In this document: one piece after another, positions 1 to 10,411 of the stretch
How positions within the stretch are numbered: the stretch's first letter is position 1
How the letters are laid out: every line of letters begins with the position of its first letter
Assembly: GCA_964187785.1 (NCBI GenBank)
Contig: CAXLNC010001113.1
Span: forward strand, 124,001 to 187,742
DNA: 63,742 nt
Source of the DNA: Amphiscolops sp. MND2022
Lineage: Eukaryota
Reading direction: 5' to 3'
Translations under genes and position numbers: made by a program
The notes under the pieces: generated by a model
What the model saw: only the letters and a program-made list of their open reading frames with translations
The model's database searches: none
Told to the model about the DNA's origin: nothing

Positions 1-3000
1 GACACGGATCCCTTTCCAGGGTCTTGCTTAGCCTGTAACCCTGTATACGGCAAACTCACCTGGATGGGAACCAAGCCTAGGAGACTCTCCACCGGTGTCA
101 TCAGTACAACATCCGCCTTGTCGTCAAGAGCATGATCTCCCAAAATCTTTAGAGACTGATTGGACAAAACCACGTAGCCACCTTTCACCTCCTTCATCGT
201 CACGTCCTTCAACATCTCCCATGCGCTTTCAGCCGGCTCGAAGTCGTCATAGATTTTGCTCAGCTGCCATTCATGAATCCACAGGAAGGTTGACGAGAGG
301 TACGGGTGGAGTCTCATCGTAGTGGCCATCATCATTGAGTAGTACATCAGAAGACCAAGGTACTTGAGAATTCCAGAGGTTTCCTTCGCTTCTTGAGCTA
401 TGCGCAAGTCCATCACTGTCTGCTCCAAGGTGGTCACCGGATCATCGATCAGTCGAGGCAAAGTGATCGGTGCCACTTCGGGCGGCTGACTTAACTTAGT
501 GAGATACTCACCCACAACATTAGACAGCCACATCATACTTGTCATCAACGCTGACTGCCATCCATGTTGTCCCAGCCGTTCCACGTCCCCTTTCGGAGCA
601 TTGTCACACAACGACACTTGGATACCCACATTCGCAAAGGTGAACTGAGATGGATCTTGCCCCGAGGTTTGTCCCACTCGTGAGGCCCTTTCCGGGTGAT
701 CGCTTCCTACATCTGGTTCGCCCTTCCGGGTCTGAATGAGCAACTGCGAATAGTCACTCGGCACATAGTCATAGGGCTTAATGAGTTTCCCATTGGAGTG
801 CAGCAGCCACTTTCCAGTGTTGGTTCTGGAGACTGTGAAGTTCAACGACTCCTCCGTGCACTTGCATGCCCTTGCATGAGCTGTTCGGGTCCAGGACAGG
901 TGCGTAACACTGTCATGTTGCTTTCGCATGTTATCACCATGCTTCACAAGAAACGCATCTTCCAACCAATCTTGTAAACCGCACTCCTGACCAAGGTTCA
1001 GTACTAGGTAGATGACATCAACCAATTCAGCTAACACATCGTGTGCAACTCCTGACTTGATGGCCTCTTCGATCTCACGTACCTCCTCAAGAAGCATCCT
1101 CCCATACTGCTGTCCTCTTTCATAACTAACGATTTTCATTGACGTCCCTTCCGGGAGACCCATGACGCTATTGAACTCCCGGGTCAACAGTGCCAGCTGC
1201 TGAAGTGAACATCCAGTAGGTCCTGGGGATACTGCATGAGGTCTTGGGATCTGATCGACCAACTGACTCAATGCCTCGTCCACCTTTTCTGCCCTTCCGG
1301 GTCCAGTCTGCAATGCCGAGATAGAAGTGTCAATGGTTTCATCTTGGGCCTGTTCCTCACGAACGGTGGCCTCTCTCGCCTCCACATCGATCACAGACTC
1401 CTTCGGCTGGACTCTAGGCTCAGCAGATGCCCTTCCGGCGTACAGGTGGACTGGGAAGCCCTTCGACTCAAGATTCATCCAATCACGATCACTCAGTCGC
1501 TCCAAATGGCTAGGAGTGAACAACGTCACAGAGAAGCGCTCCCCTTTGGTCACTTCACGGACTCGATGTTCAATAATGTCAGCCGTGAACTCCGTCCAGA
1601 CCAAAGGAACCGCACACGACTGCCACTCATCATCTCTCAGCATCTCCAGGTGACCGCCCTCATACTGTCCGAAGTTAATGGTGTAGTTGAGATACTCCTC
1701 ATGGTTGCGATAGTCCTTGTGCTTGTTCAATCCTTGTCCTTCCGACAGTTGAGTCACGTATATTCCCAGATAAGGTAGCTCCTTGGAGCAACTCGCCGCT
1801 AGTGCGTGCACCTTCATCAAGACCTCCTGGTAACGTTCCTGGAAAGTCCTCTTCACCACGCATCCCTGCTGCAAGCCTCTATTGGTTTGTGCTCCAAGAA
1901 ACAGTGCTCGCGATCCTCCCGCAATACTTGTCCTGTTATTCTGGTAGGGCCATGCGATTCTCTGGATTGTCTGCTGGGCATCGATAATTTTCTTCATATA
2001 TACTCGTCGTCCACCCTTCATCTCCAGAAAACGGATCGAAGCCGGTCGAGCAAGTGACACCGCGTTTAGGTCACCAGGTGCCTCTCGGGCAAGAAGAGAA
2101 TCTCTGAACTGACCGGCTGTCATGCCGCTGCAGGAACCATTCCGCTTCCAGATATCTGCCATAACTGCCCAAAAGGTTTCTTGGTCCATGTAGTGCATCT
2201 TTGACTTCTCCGTCAGCTCGACCTCTCTGCCTTCCGGCGACTGCACTATCACTCGGATTTTTCCTTTATCCACTTCCGGGAGATACTTCCATCCAGCCAG
2301 TAGAAGCAACCATGACAGCGGCATCAACGGAGTCGCCCCCTCAATAGCCACTGCATGATAATCTTCACCGTCACAGGCCACCACTTGAACCACCATGCCA
2401 GAGACCACCTTTCCGCCGGGTACTGTGCACTGAGCTTCAGCTCCCTTCATTCCCCTTTTCTTTGGAACCACCAAAGCGTTGGCTCCTGTATCCAAGAGAC
2501 AATAGCATCGAACGTCAACGCAGTCCATTGCATTCAAGAGGAGCATCTGAGTCTCGAACGATCCCTTTCCTTTCCCCTTCTTGGCTGCATTGAAACGATC
2601 ATACCGTGCCAATAGTTCCGGAGCAATTTTCAGTGGCTTGCCATCCGTACCAAGGATGTGACCATACTGACAGGCTTCTCCTCGTGTACAGTTGCCTCTG
2701 AAGAAGCGGATACACTGTTGTCCCTTTTTATTCGCTGCAATCTTGGCTGCCTGGTCCGGGTCAGTCTTACCTTTTCCCTTTCCAGGGCTTTCCTTCTGAG
2801 CGCTCGCAACATTGGGTTCGCGAGGAGGGGCAGGTCCTTCAGATCGTAGAGGAGTAGATGGGGTAGAAGTGCCCTTGGCCCCTTCCGGGGGTGTAGCTGC
2901 CTTCGCCTTGGGCTTAGGCTTCGGTTTTGCATCCACGGCATGGGCCTTCGCCGTGTGAGGCAGCCATCCCGTCACCGTCGTCGTCTGATTCAAATAGACC

Positions 3001-3100
3001 TCGACAGTGTGGAAGAATATCGCTGCCTCTTCCGGGCTAACATCGTCCATTGGCATCTTGTTGCGCTCGGTCTGATAAAACCAGTTGCCTCGCGCATTGC
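1..3100 (-). CDS. Copy A polyprotein segment, missing from the ORF track: Gag end, CCCH (2658-2714), protease (2475-2498 DTG), 2OG dioxygenase (~1500-1950), MazG-like (~760-1190), degenerate MazG repeat
   Basis: My manual translation of the minus strand is stop-free from ~3100 to base 1 (CIRFFRGNCTRGEACQYGH; LLDTGANA; HKDYRNHEEYLNYTINFG; EHRV; RFSVTLF; EEVREIEEA..AELVD; KHGDNMRK; GKLIKPYDY). Confidence 0.88.
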
Positions 3101-6074
3101 CAGATTGAATGAAGCCAAGATCTTGTCAAAGGCGCTCATCAGAGTAGTCACACCTGGCAAAGTTCCGCCCATGTGCCGCAACCTTCGAGCTGCCCCCTTC
3201 CAGAGTTGTAGTTTCTGAAAGGTAGATACTACTCCCTGGTCACCAGCCACTGGGTCCTTTACATACTGGTGCAAGTCATCTTCCTCCCTAGATCTTGCCG
3301 GTAACAGACGATGGTAGGCTGTCATGAGTATCAGTCTCACCGGAGGATTGTGCCTCAACATCCTAGCCAAGTCCCAACACTCCTGCGAGATCCCAATATG
3401 CTGAAGCTGAAGATTGACAACGGCCTCTGCTCTGCTATGCCACTGCTCTTCCGGCAACTTCTTCGTCCAATCTCGAGCCGTTGTGCGATCATCCCTTTTC
3501 CGATAGACTGGTAGATCCTGCTGGACTCCGGCAATAACCGCCTGTGCATATAAGGCTGCTGAAGGACTAATGATCCCCATTGCCCGAATGAAGTCAGCTT
3601 CGAAGTTCTGGATCAACGTCGCTCTCCTTACAGAGGATGTCTGGGTTGTAGGGAACTTGGTCGTCCGGAGGTCAAGCGCTACCCATTTTTCTTCTCGAAC
3701 ACATTCTCGAGCATTCACCTGACCCACATCTGGCAGGCTTCCTTCTGTCATATCCTGCAGTACGGTTGCCCAAGCTGCAGGTCCTGACGTGTCCATGCCC
3801 TTGCAGAAGTAGTCATCGAGCGGAGAGGAACCTTCATCTTCTTGTTTCACCCTCCACTGAGAAGTTCCATTGCGTTCATGCCCTCCAGACTCCTCAGGAT
3901 GCCTTCCGGCCTCATTTCTCTGGTCTTCTCCTCGGGAAGAACTCCCTCTGAGTCCCTGACCAAATGCCGGTAACTCCGGAGGTAGATCAACGAATGGCAC
4001 TCGACCTCTTGGGGCTTGTCGTACTGGAGGAGGCATGACACCGCTTATCGCTCCACCCTGACTCTGAGGTGCCTCTCGGGCTTCAATAATACGCTGTATC
4101 CGGGCGTCCAACTCAAGGTTGCCATAAGCATGATCCTGAGCTTCATCACCTTCACTAGTTCTTTCCGGGAGTGCCCTCTCGATCAGGTCAACGCGGCATA
4201 CGTAATGTACATCGTCATCCGATCCTCTCCTGTACACAGATAGTCGATCACCCTCTGCCTGAAGGAACTCATCATCGGCTAATGGACGTATCACAGTCCC
4301 TTCCGGGTAATTTCCTTCAATAGGAAACCGAAAAATCAGACTGCCCTTGCCGATGACCATCTTCGCTTCCTGCTCTCCCAGGACAACCACTTCACCCACG
4401 CGAAAGGCATCCGGCGCTTCAACTTCGACTCGAAGATCGCCCTTCATCGCTGCTGCTGTTAACTTCGTCAGTCTCAGTCGCTTCGGTGTCGGTTGTGACG
4501 CTCCCGCTTGATGAACCTCCTGAATCATTTTGTGTACACGGTCCATATACGCCTCTACCGCCTGGAAGTCCCTCACACTGTCATCTTGCCAACCTGAAGT
4601 CTGCTGCTGATGGCGGGTCAATCTTCCTTCAATCTTGGCTAGTCGGTCCTCAAGGCCTCGCTGAACCTCATCAGAGATCCCTTGATGCCCTTCCGGCTGG
4701 GGTTCTCTCTTACAAATTCTGAGCTCCTGCTGTAGCTGGGAAACCCGCTGATCGCCATCTCGAACCTTCCGTTCCAACGTCTCCACCTGTTGAAGAGCCT
4801 TCCCGAGATCATGTCGAAACGTCCCCAATTGCTCCTGATAATCGGAAACGTCAGGCATTTCCTTCTCAGGTGCCTCTCGGGCTCTCTTAAGCTCCTCGCG
4901 GATTTCGTCCATCTGAACTCCCAGTTCGAAGATCAGTTCCTTCATCTCGAGAACCTCATTGTCCCTGACTTGGATGTCCGCTTGATAGTCATTAGCGCAC
5001 TGACTCAACACCCCTATCTCAACAGCTTGCTGTTCGTGTCTGGCTCGAAGTTCGCGCACCTCTGTCTCATGCTGTTGACTCTCAATGCCGACCCTTCTTT
5101 CCAAACCTTCGATCCGCTTCCGGGCATTGACCAGCTCGCCGACGATTTCATTGACGCGTGACATCACCTGTTCCACCTTCCGTGAACCCTCTGCACACTC
5201 TGACTGAAGCTGATGCAAGTTCGTCAACACTTCTGATACGACTTGGTGTACCATTCCGGCATCACATTTTTTGTTCTGTCAACGAACCCAGCTTCATCAT
5301 CCCTTCATGCAGATAGTCGCACGCTTGCCTTAGGATGTGGATAGCTGACTCCATGCCTTCTAACTTCACATGGCTTGCCAAGGGCCACGTCTGGGCGCAT
5401 TGCGTATACGTGCGCTCCACCGTGCCCTGTTCTGTCTTCACCTCTTGCCACTGCTGAAGAATGGCCTGTACGCCTGCCTCTGTATCTGTGCCACTTCCCA
5501 CAGGATGGGCACTTGATGCACTTCCAGCAACCAGGTTTGGGCTCATAACCTGTGTAGGGACTTGAATAATCGAAGGCGATGAATTAGCTCTCGTAATTGG
5601 AATGGTATCTGCGCTATCATCAAAGCCCCTTTCGCTGGCAGCTCGGGCTCTTACAGGTGGAACCATCTCAAAAGATGAACTCCCCACTGCATCCCCGACT
5701 GGTGTATAAGGATGTGCACGTTGTGGCCCACTTGTGGGAGTACTGGCAGGGACAATTGAACCTTCAGAAATGGGTACTTCTGCGGCGTCAGTGACTAGTG
5801 TTCTGAGGCGAGGGGGTCCTGGGATGTTAGTCCGACCCCTTTCCTTCCTTTCTATTTCGGCAAGACTGGTCTTAGCTCTGATCCGCCTTTTGATGCGAGG
5901 GCTTAAGGACGAACCCTCAGTATTAGCTGCGCCCCGGGCATGCACATGCCCAACTACCAGATCTTCTCCCAATGGGAGGCGCGGTCCCCCTATTCCCGAT
6001 TCCACCATGCCTCTCGGGCCGGTGAGATGGTACTGGGGCCGCCCCTTCCGGGGAAAGGTTCTGTGTGAGACCAC
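3100..6074 (-). CDS. Gag-like region of copy A (coiled coil plus conserved core); 1-nt frameshifts near 5270 and 3100
   Basis: ORFs 5262..6074 and 2990..5254 align with the B/C Gag (PLDDYFCKGMDTSGPAAW, FEADFIRAMGIISP, VSTFQKLQLWK). Confidence 0.8.
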
Positions 6075-6331
6075 TAACTTGTGACAACGAGATTCTGGCT
6101 ATGTGCTCACAACGATTGTTCCTATGATGTACCACTATCCTCGATATCCAGGCGTCACGCTCCTGCACTTCCTCGATTGGAAGTCTAAGCCCACATGGCT
6201 TGAGGAGGTGACAGTTCGTCATGCAAATGGATTCAAGTCAAGGACAGAACCTCTCCTGCACCTGACTCTGCAACAAGCTCTACAGATTGCCCGAACCCCA
6301 AGGGGCTTGCAAAGAGAGAGGCCCATTGACA
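6075..6331 (-). repeat. 5' terminal/LTR-like leader of copy A
   Basis: Begins TGTCAATG and shares blocks (TGGGGTTCGGG, CAGGTG, TCAAGCCATGTGGGCT, GGTACA) with the B and C leaders; the LTR 3' boundary cannot be defined. Confidence 0.6.
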
Positions 6332-7547
6332 GGGTTTGTAAACCAGTTTGCAGGCCATATGTGAATTGGCCCCTTTCTTGGATAATGGAGTGGGGCCATT
6401 GTTGAATACAGTTGAGTAGGAGCGAAACGCAAATTTGGTGCCCAGCATGGTGGGCTTGGCTTTTTAAATCATAGTGTTGCGTTCGGGCCAATCTTGTGGC
6501 CGTAGAGCTTTGCAATGATAATATTTTGCTTGGGGCTGGGACAAAAGCCCATCAACACCCTGCTCACATGAAGAACATGTCTTTGCCGAAAGAAATGCCA
6601 TCCGGACACAAATCTATACAGCTTCACCACGTGAAGTGTACGCTCTCAGGAATCTATGCGTTTACAGGTTTGTATGTCTAGCAGATTAAGTGGGCATAAA
6701 GGCAGCAGGCATTACATGACCAAACTTTGAGTGTATAGATTTGCGCCGGGGTGAAATGGGCCACCAGCAAGAAATTGGGTGGCAGATGTCCACCATAGGC
6801 CTGGAAAAAGTTGTCGAGGAGGCCAGCAATTTATTCCAAAACATGTTCTTTCTGTGGTGGTGGTGGTGGCGCGGTGGTGGTGTGTGCCTTTTGCTTCCTT
6901 GCGCCATTGCATCTCGGAGTTTACAGCTAAAGGAGCGAGCATTAGGGTGCGAAAATCAGCGCGCCTCATGTGGTCATCCTTGCAAAAAGTACAGATGAGA
7001 CGCCCAATTCCCTGAGAAAATCCTTTCCATGGAGACCTCGAGGACGAATAATCCGTCCAGAGATAGGAGAACTAACTCTGAGGGAATTATTATCGCAATC
7101 ATGTTGTGTCAGAGTGCAAACTATGAATACACAGAACAGTGCAATTTCGTGTAATCCGTTTGTAGGTTCTCCTATATTGCCACTCATGCAAAGTAATCCT
7201 AGAGCATTGCCTATAACATTGGTCATTCTCGTTGGGCTTGCCACCACTTGGCACTGATACCCTGCTTTATGTTTCATTCTACAGCTCTGCAAGTACGGCC
7301 CACGATTTCAAGAGAGGACTCCATTGCATTTACGGACACGGACCCTGGTTGGAACCGGATCAATGCCAGCGTGTCTGTGTCCCTACACCATGTGTTATGG
7401 CTGTTAACAGATGTACTTGCAGTGAAGAGACAGTGGCCCTCAAGTGCTTAACTCGTTTGGATGGGGCGGTGGCTGCCCAACCGCATCCTCATCGCACCAT
7501 GAAAGGCTTGGGAGGCACATGCATCATGATGGTATTGATGACATCGC

Positions 7548-7585
7548 TGATGATGATGATGATGATGATGATCATGATCATGATC

Positions 7586-7623
<38 letters not shown>
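7548..7623. repeat. (GAT)n microsatellite
   Basis: Direct inspection. Confidence 0.95.
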
Positions 7624-7626
<3 letters not shown>

Positions 7627-8029
7627 CACCACTGTGAGTGCGAAGCGCAAGGGTTGGAACTTGCGTTGCTCCTGCCGCAAGGTTACGAATCCTCAAGTGC
7701 AAACTGCACAATCTCAAATCCGCGCCCCGCCAATTCCGATTAACGGTTGACCACTAGACCTTGGGTGGTGGGCCCTACACAACTGCCGGGACTGTCGTGC
7801 AGTTCCTCGATGCAGCGCAGCAGCAATGCTGCCTTTTGCAAACCCCATGACCACATGGGCAAACACAGAAGCAGACACAGACCGCACAACACCCAGTGCG
7901 CAACGCCATGACTATACCTCAACACCAAATCCGCACGAGCATCTTTGTACAGCGGGAGACCACGTGGAGGTGGCGGGGCTCAACTGCCCTCCTTCCCTTA
8001 GAGCAATAGACAGGAAGAAAGATTGAATC

Positions 8030-8037
8030 AGATAGAC

Positions 8038-8092
<55 letters not shown>
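8030..8092. repeat. (ATAG)n microsatellite
   Basis: Direct inspection. Confidence 0.95.
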
Positions 8093-8338
8093 GGGAACAG
8101 CCGTAGGAGCCTGAGAAGGCTCCGGCTGCAGTTCGGGNNNNNNNNNNNNNNNNNNNNNNNNNNNNNNNNNNNNNNNNNNNNNNNNNNNNNNNNNNNNNNN
8201 NNNNNNNNNNNNNNNNNNNNNNNNNNNNNNNNNNNNNNNNNNNNNNNNNNNNNNNNNNNNNNNNNNNNNNNNNNNNNNNNNNNNNNNNNNNNNNNNNNNN
8301 NNNNNNNNNNNNNNNNNNNNNNNNNNNNNNNNNNNNNG

Positions 8339-8750
8339 CGAGGGATCGCCTCTGACAACAAGACAAAGGACAATCCCCACACCACCATCATGGAGATGCA
8401 AGCCCCGAACACCTCAACCTGCTTGTAGCCATAGCTATAGTCAAGGTCAGGGATCTTCTCTGAGAAGGACAGGGCCAAGATGGAGACAGCAAAGCCACCA
8501 ACATCTGAGAGCATGTGCGCCGCATCAGCCATGATGGCGAGCGAATTCGCGATCATGCCGCCGATGAGCTCAACGAGCATGAAGAACAATGCACAGTAGA
8601 CTGCAAAGCGAAGCTTGCGTTTGTCTTTGGCGTGCATGTCTTCCGGTGTGCCCTCGTCGGAACTCGAGTCGCAATGGCCATGACCGCTCTCCTCTTTATG
8701 GCCGTGCTCGTGATCATGGGAATGGCCATGTGTGCTCCCATGCCCGTTAC
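8339..8750 (-). CDS. Exon of a cation diffusion facilitator (SLC30/ZnT/MTP-like zinc transporter): His-rich N-terminal part plus TM1-3
   Basis: VELIGGMIANSLAIMADAAHMLSDVGGFAVS..YSYGYKQVEVFGA matches the CDF signature (SLAxxADAxHxLxD; YGYxRxE-like). The frame extends upstream as GNGHGSTHGHSHDHEHGH to a TAAG|G acceptor-like site at 8751; the downstream end abuts an N-gap. Confidence 0.85.
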
Positions 8751-8974
8751 CTTAGCAGGTCAGAATCGCGAAACGTGGCCTGGAACCGCCAGAATTTCTG
8801 CAGCGAGAAGCACAAAAGCGAGTCGAATCGCTATCAAGTTCCAAGTAGCATCGCAGAGAAATTGACTTGGAATCGCCAATCCGAATGGCAACCTATCAAT
8901 AGTTTAAAGCTACTTCCGCGCAACCTTGGAATCGCCCGATTCTCGATTCTGAATTGCCAATTCAGCGCCACTAA

Positions 8975-9489
8975 CTTAGAGGCCCAGCAGCGATACTTTT
9001 CACATCGCGCGATACTTGTAGCCATAGTCCTGCACTACTCTTTCGTGTCTATTTTTATTGGGTATCGCACAATAATTGCGTGATGTGTTGCAAAATGGGG
9101 TATCTTGGAAGGGGGGGAAAGACCCCCACCCCCAAGATTTCAGCCTTACTAAGAAAACGGCCCGTTTTACTAAGGGTCAATTTCGTCCTTACTGAGGACC
9201 GAAAACGGCCTTACTACGGACATTTTTGTGGTAAAATACACAGGGAGGGGTCTTGTAGTAAAGCGGCCCGGGGCCCTTAGTAAAGTCCAGATGCTGACTC
9301 TTGTCTTGGGGGTGGGGGTCTTTTCCCTTCTTCCAAGTATCGCTCGGATGTGCCTATGTGAAACTAAGTGCCGGGGGGGGGGGGGGTCGCACCATTCTGC
9401 GGGAGTGCTGAGCTCCCTGAGAAGGTATCGTGCGATATGGGATATCGCAGCGATAGGTTCACAATATCGCGCGATATGGTGCCACTAAG
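8975..9489. repeat. Dispersed GATATCGC-rich repeat with imperfect terminal inverted repeats (CTTAGAGGC..GCCACTAAG), interrupted by a MITE
   Basis: With 9105-9336 removed, its flanks align with 36603-36848. Confidence 0.6.
9105..9336. mobile_element. 232-bp MITE with ~33-bp TIRs and 5-bp TSD GTATC
   Basis: TTGGAAGGGGGGGAAAGACCCCCACCCCCAAGA / TCTTGGGGGTGGGGGTCTTTTCCCTTCTTCCAA; GTATC at 9100-9104 and 9337-9341. Confidence 0.85.
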
Positions 9490-9547
9490 GCCACTGTCAG
9501 CGCGCTCCAAACACACCCAGAAAAAGGGCAGTCGTCCAGCGAGGGGG

Positions 9548-9745
9548 CACAAGTTGGGGGACTGCTTTTCATACACCTCAGGTGCTGGAAGGTGCTGCCC
9601 TCTTTGACAATTCAGCGGCAGCGGTGTATAAAAATCATGTGCCCTAAGGACCCTGAATTTTATACACTGCTGGTGCTGCATTGACAAAAAGGGCAGCACC
9701 TCCCAGCACCTGAGGTGTATAAAAATCAGTCTCCCACAAGTTTGC
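9548..9745. repeat. Foldback element with long inverted arms
   Basis: 9571-9632 is nearly the reverse complement of 9658-9720 (ATACACCTCAGGTGCTGG..), with weaker pairing extending outward. Confidence 0.8.
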
Positions 9746-10094
9746 GTGTGTTTGTACCTATATGGCCGGTCATGAGGATGCCGGGGCAATGACCGGCCAT
9801 ATAGGAACAAACACACCCAAATTTGTACCCCCTCGCAGGGGGACGACCACCCATTGGACCTACTTAAACGGGGATGTGCAAATTCGGGTGTGTTTGGAGC
9901 GCCTAAGGCCACCAATGGGCAGCCCGCATCCGTCACCTCATGTGAAAACACTCTGCAACTTCAAACCCCAAATTTGGTCAGAAATTATCACATCACGTGA
10001 TGCCGAAAGTACTTGTTTTTAAGGCTCAAGGACGGCATGTGATGTGATAATTTTGGATTCTTGGCGTTTTTTTGAGCAGATTTTGGCCGGAAAG

Positions 10095-10411
10095 TGTCAA
10101 TGAATGCTCTCTCCTAAACCCCGGTTTTGCGTCATTGGGGTCGGGATACAGAGTGTTGAGCAGAGACATGACTGCTGACAGGCAGGTGAGGATCTGTCTG
10201 GTTTTGTTGCATGTGACCTTTACATGCATTCGCCCTCACAAGCCATTTAGGCTAAGTCTCGGTCAACAGACCGAGGAGAAGGGCGGTACAGATAGCCACA
10301 AGGAAGGTTAGCATCATCACCAGATTGATAGCAGCATCAACACGCCTATTGAGCCATATCCTAGATAGACAGTAGTGACATCCAGCCCTCTGCCTTTCCC
10401 TGTGTGGACTG
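10095..10411 (+). repeat. 5' terminal/LTR-like leader of copy B
   Basis: Homologous to 56307-56620 and 6075-6331; the upstream flanks are unrelated among the three copies. Confidence 0.65.

Larger units (their letters stand above)
1..6331 (-). mobile_element. Copia-like cargo retroelement copy A (5' part only; continues off the left edge)
   Basis: Collinear homology to copies B and C from the shared terminus TGTCAATG (6331-6324) through gag, CCCH finger, protease (LLDTGANA), 2OG dioxygenase and MazG-like domains. Confidence 0.9.

Noticed and set aside
7444-7750. Poly-His, poly-Asp and poly-Met ORFs as the CDF His-rich loop or a separate protein
   Set aside because: Produced by a (GAT)n microsatellite like the one at 32128; no flanking CDF sequence
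10270-10300. GGTACAGATAG as a tRNA-iMet primer-binding site
   Set aside because: Only loosely resembles TGGTATCAGAGC, is not preceded by a CA LTR end, and diverges in copy A
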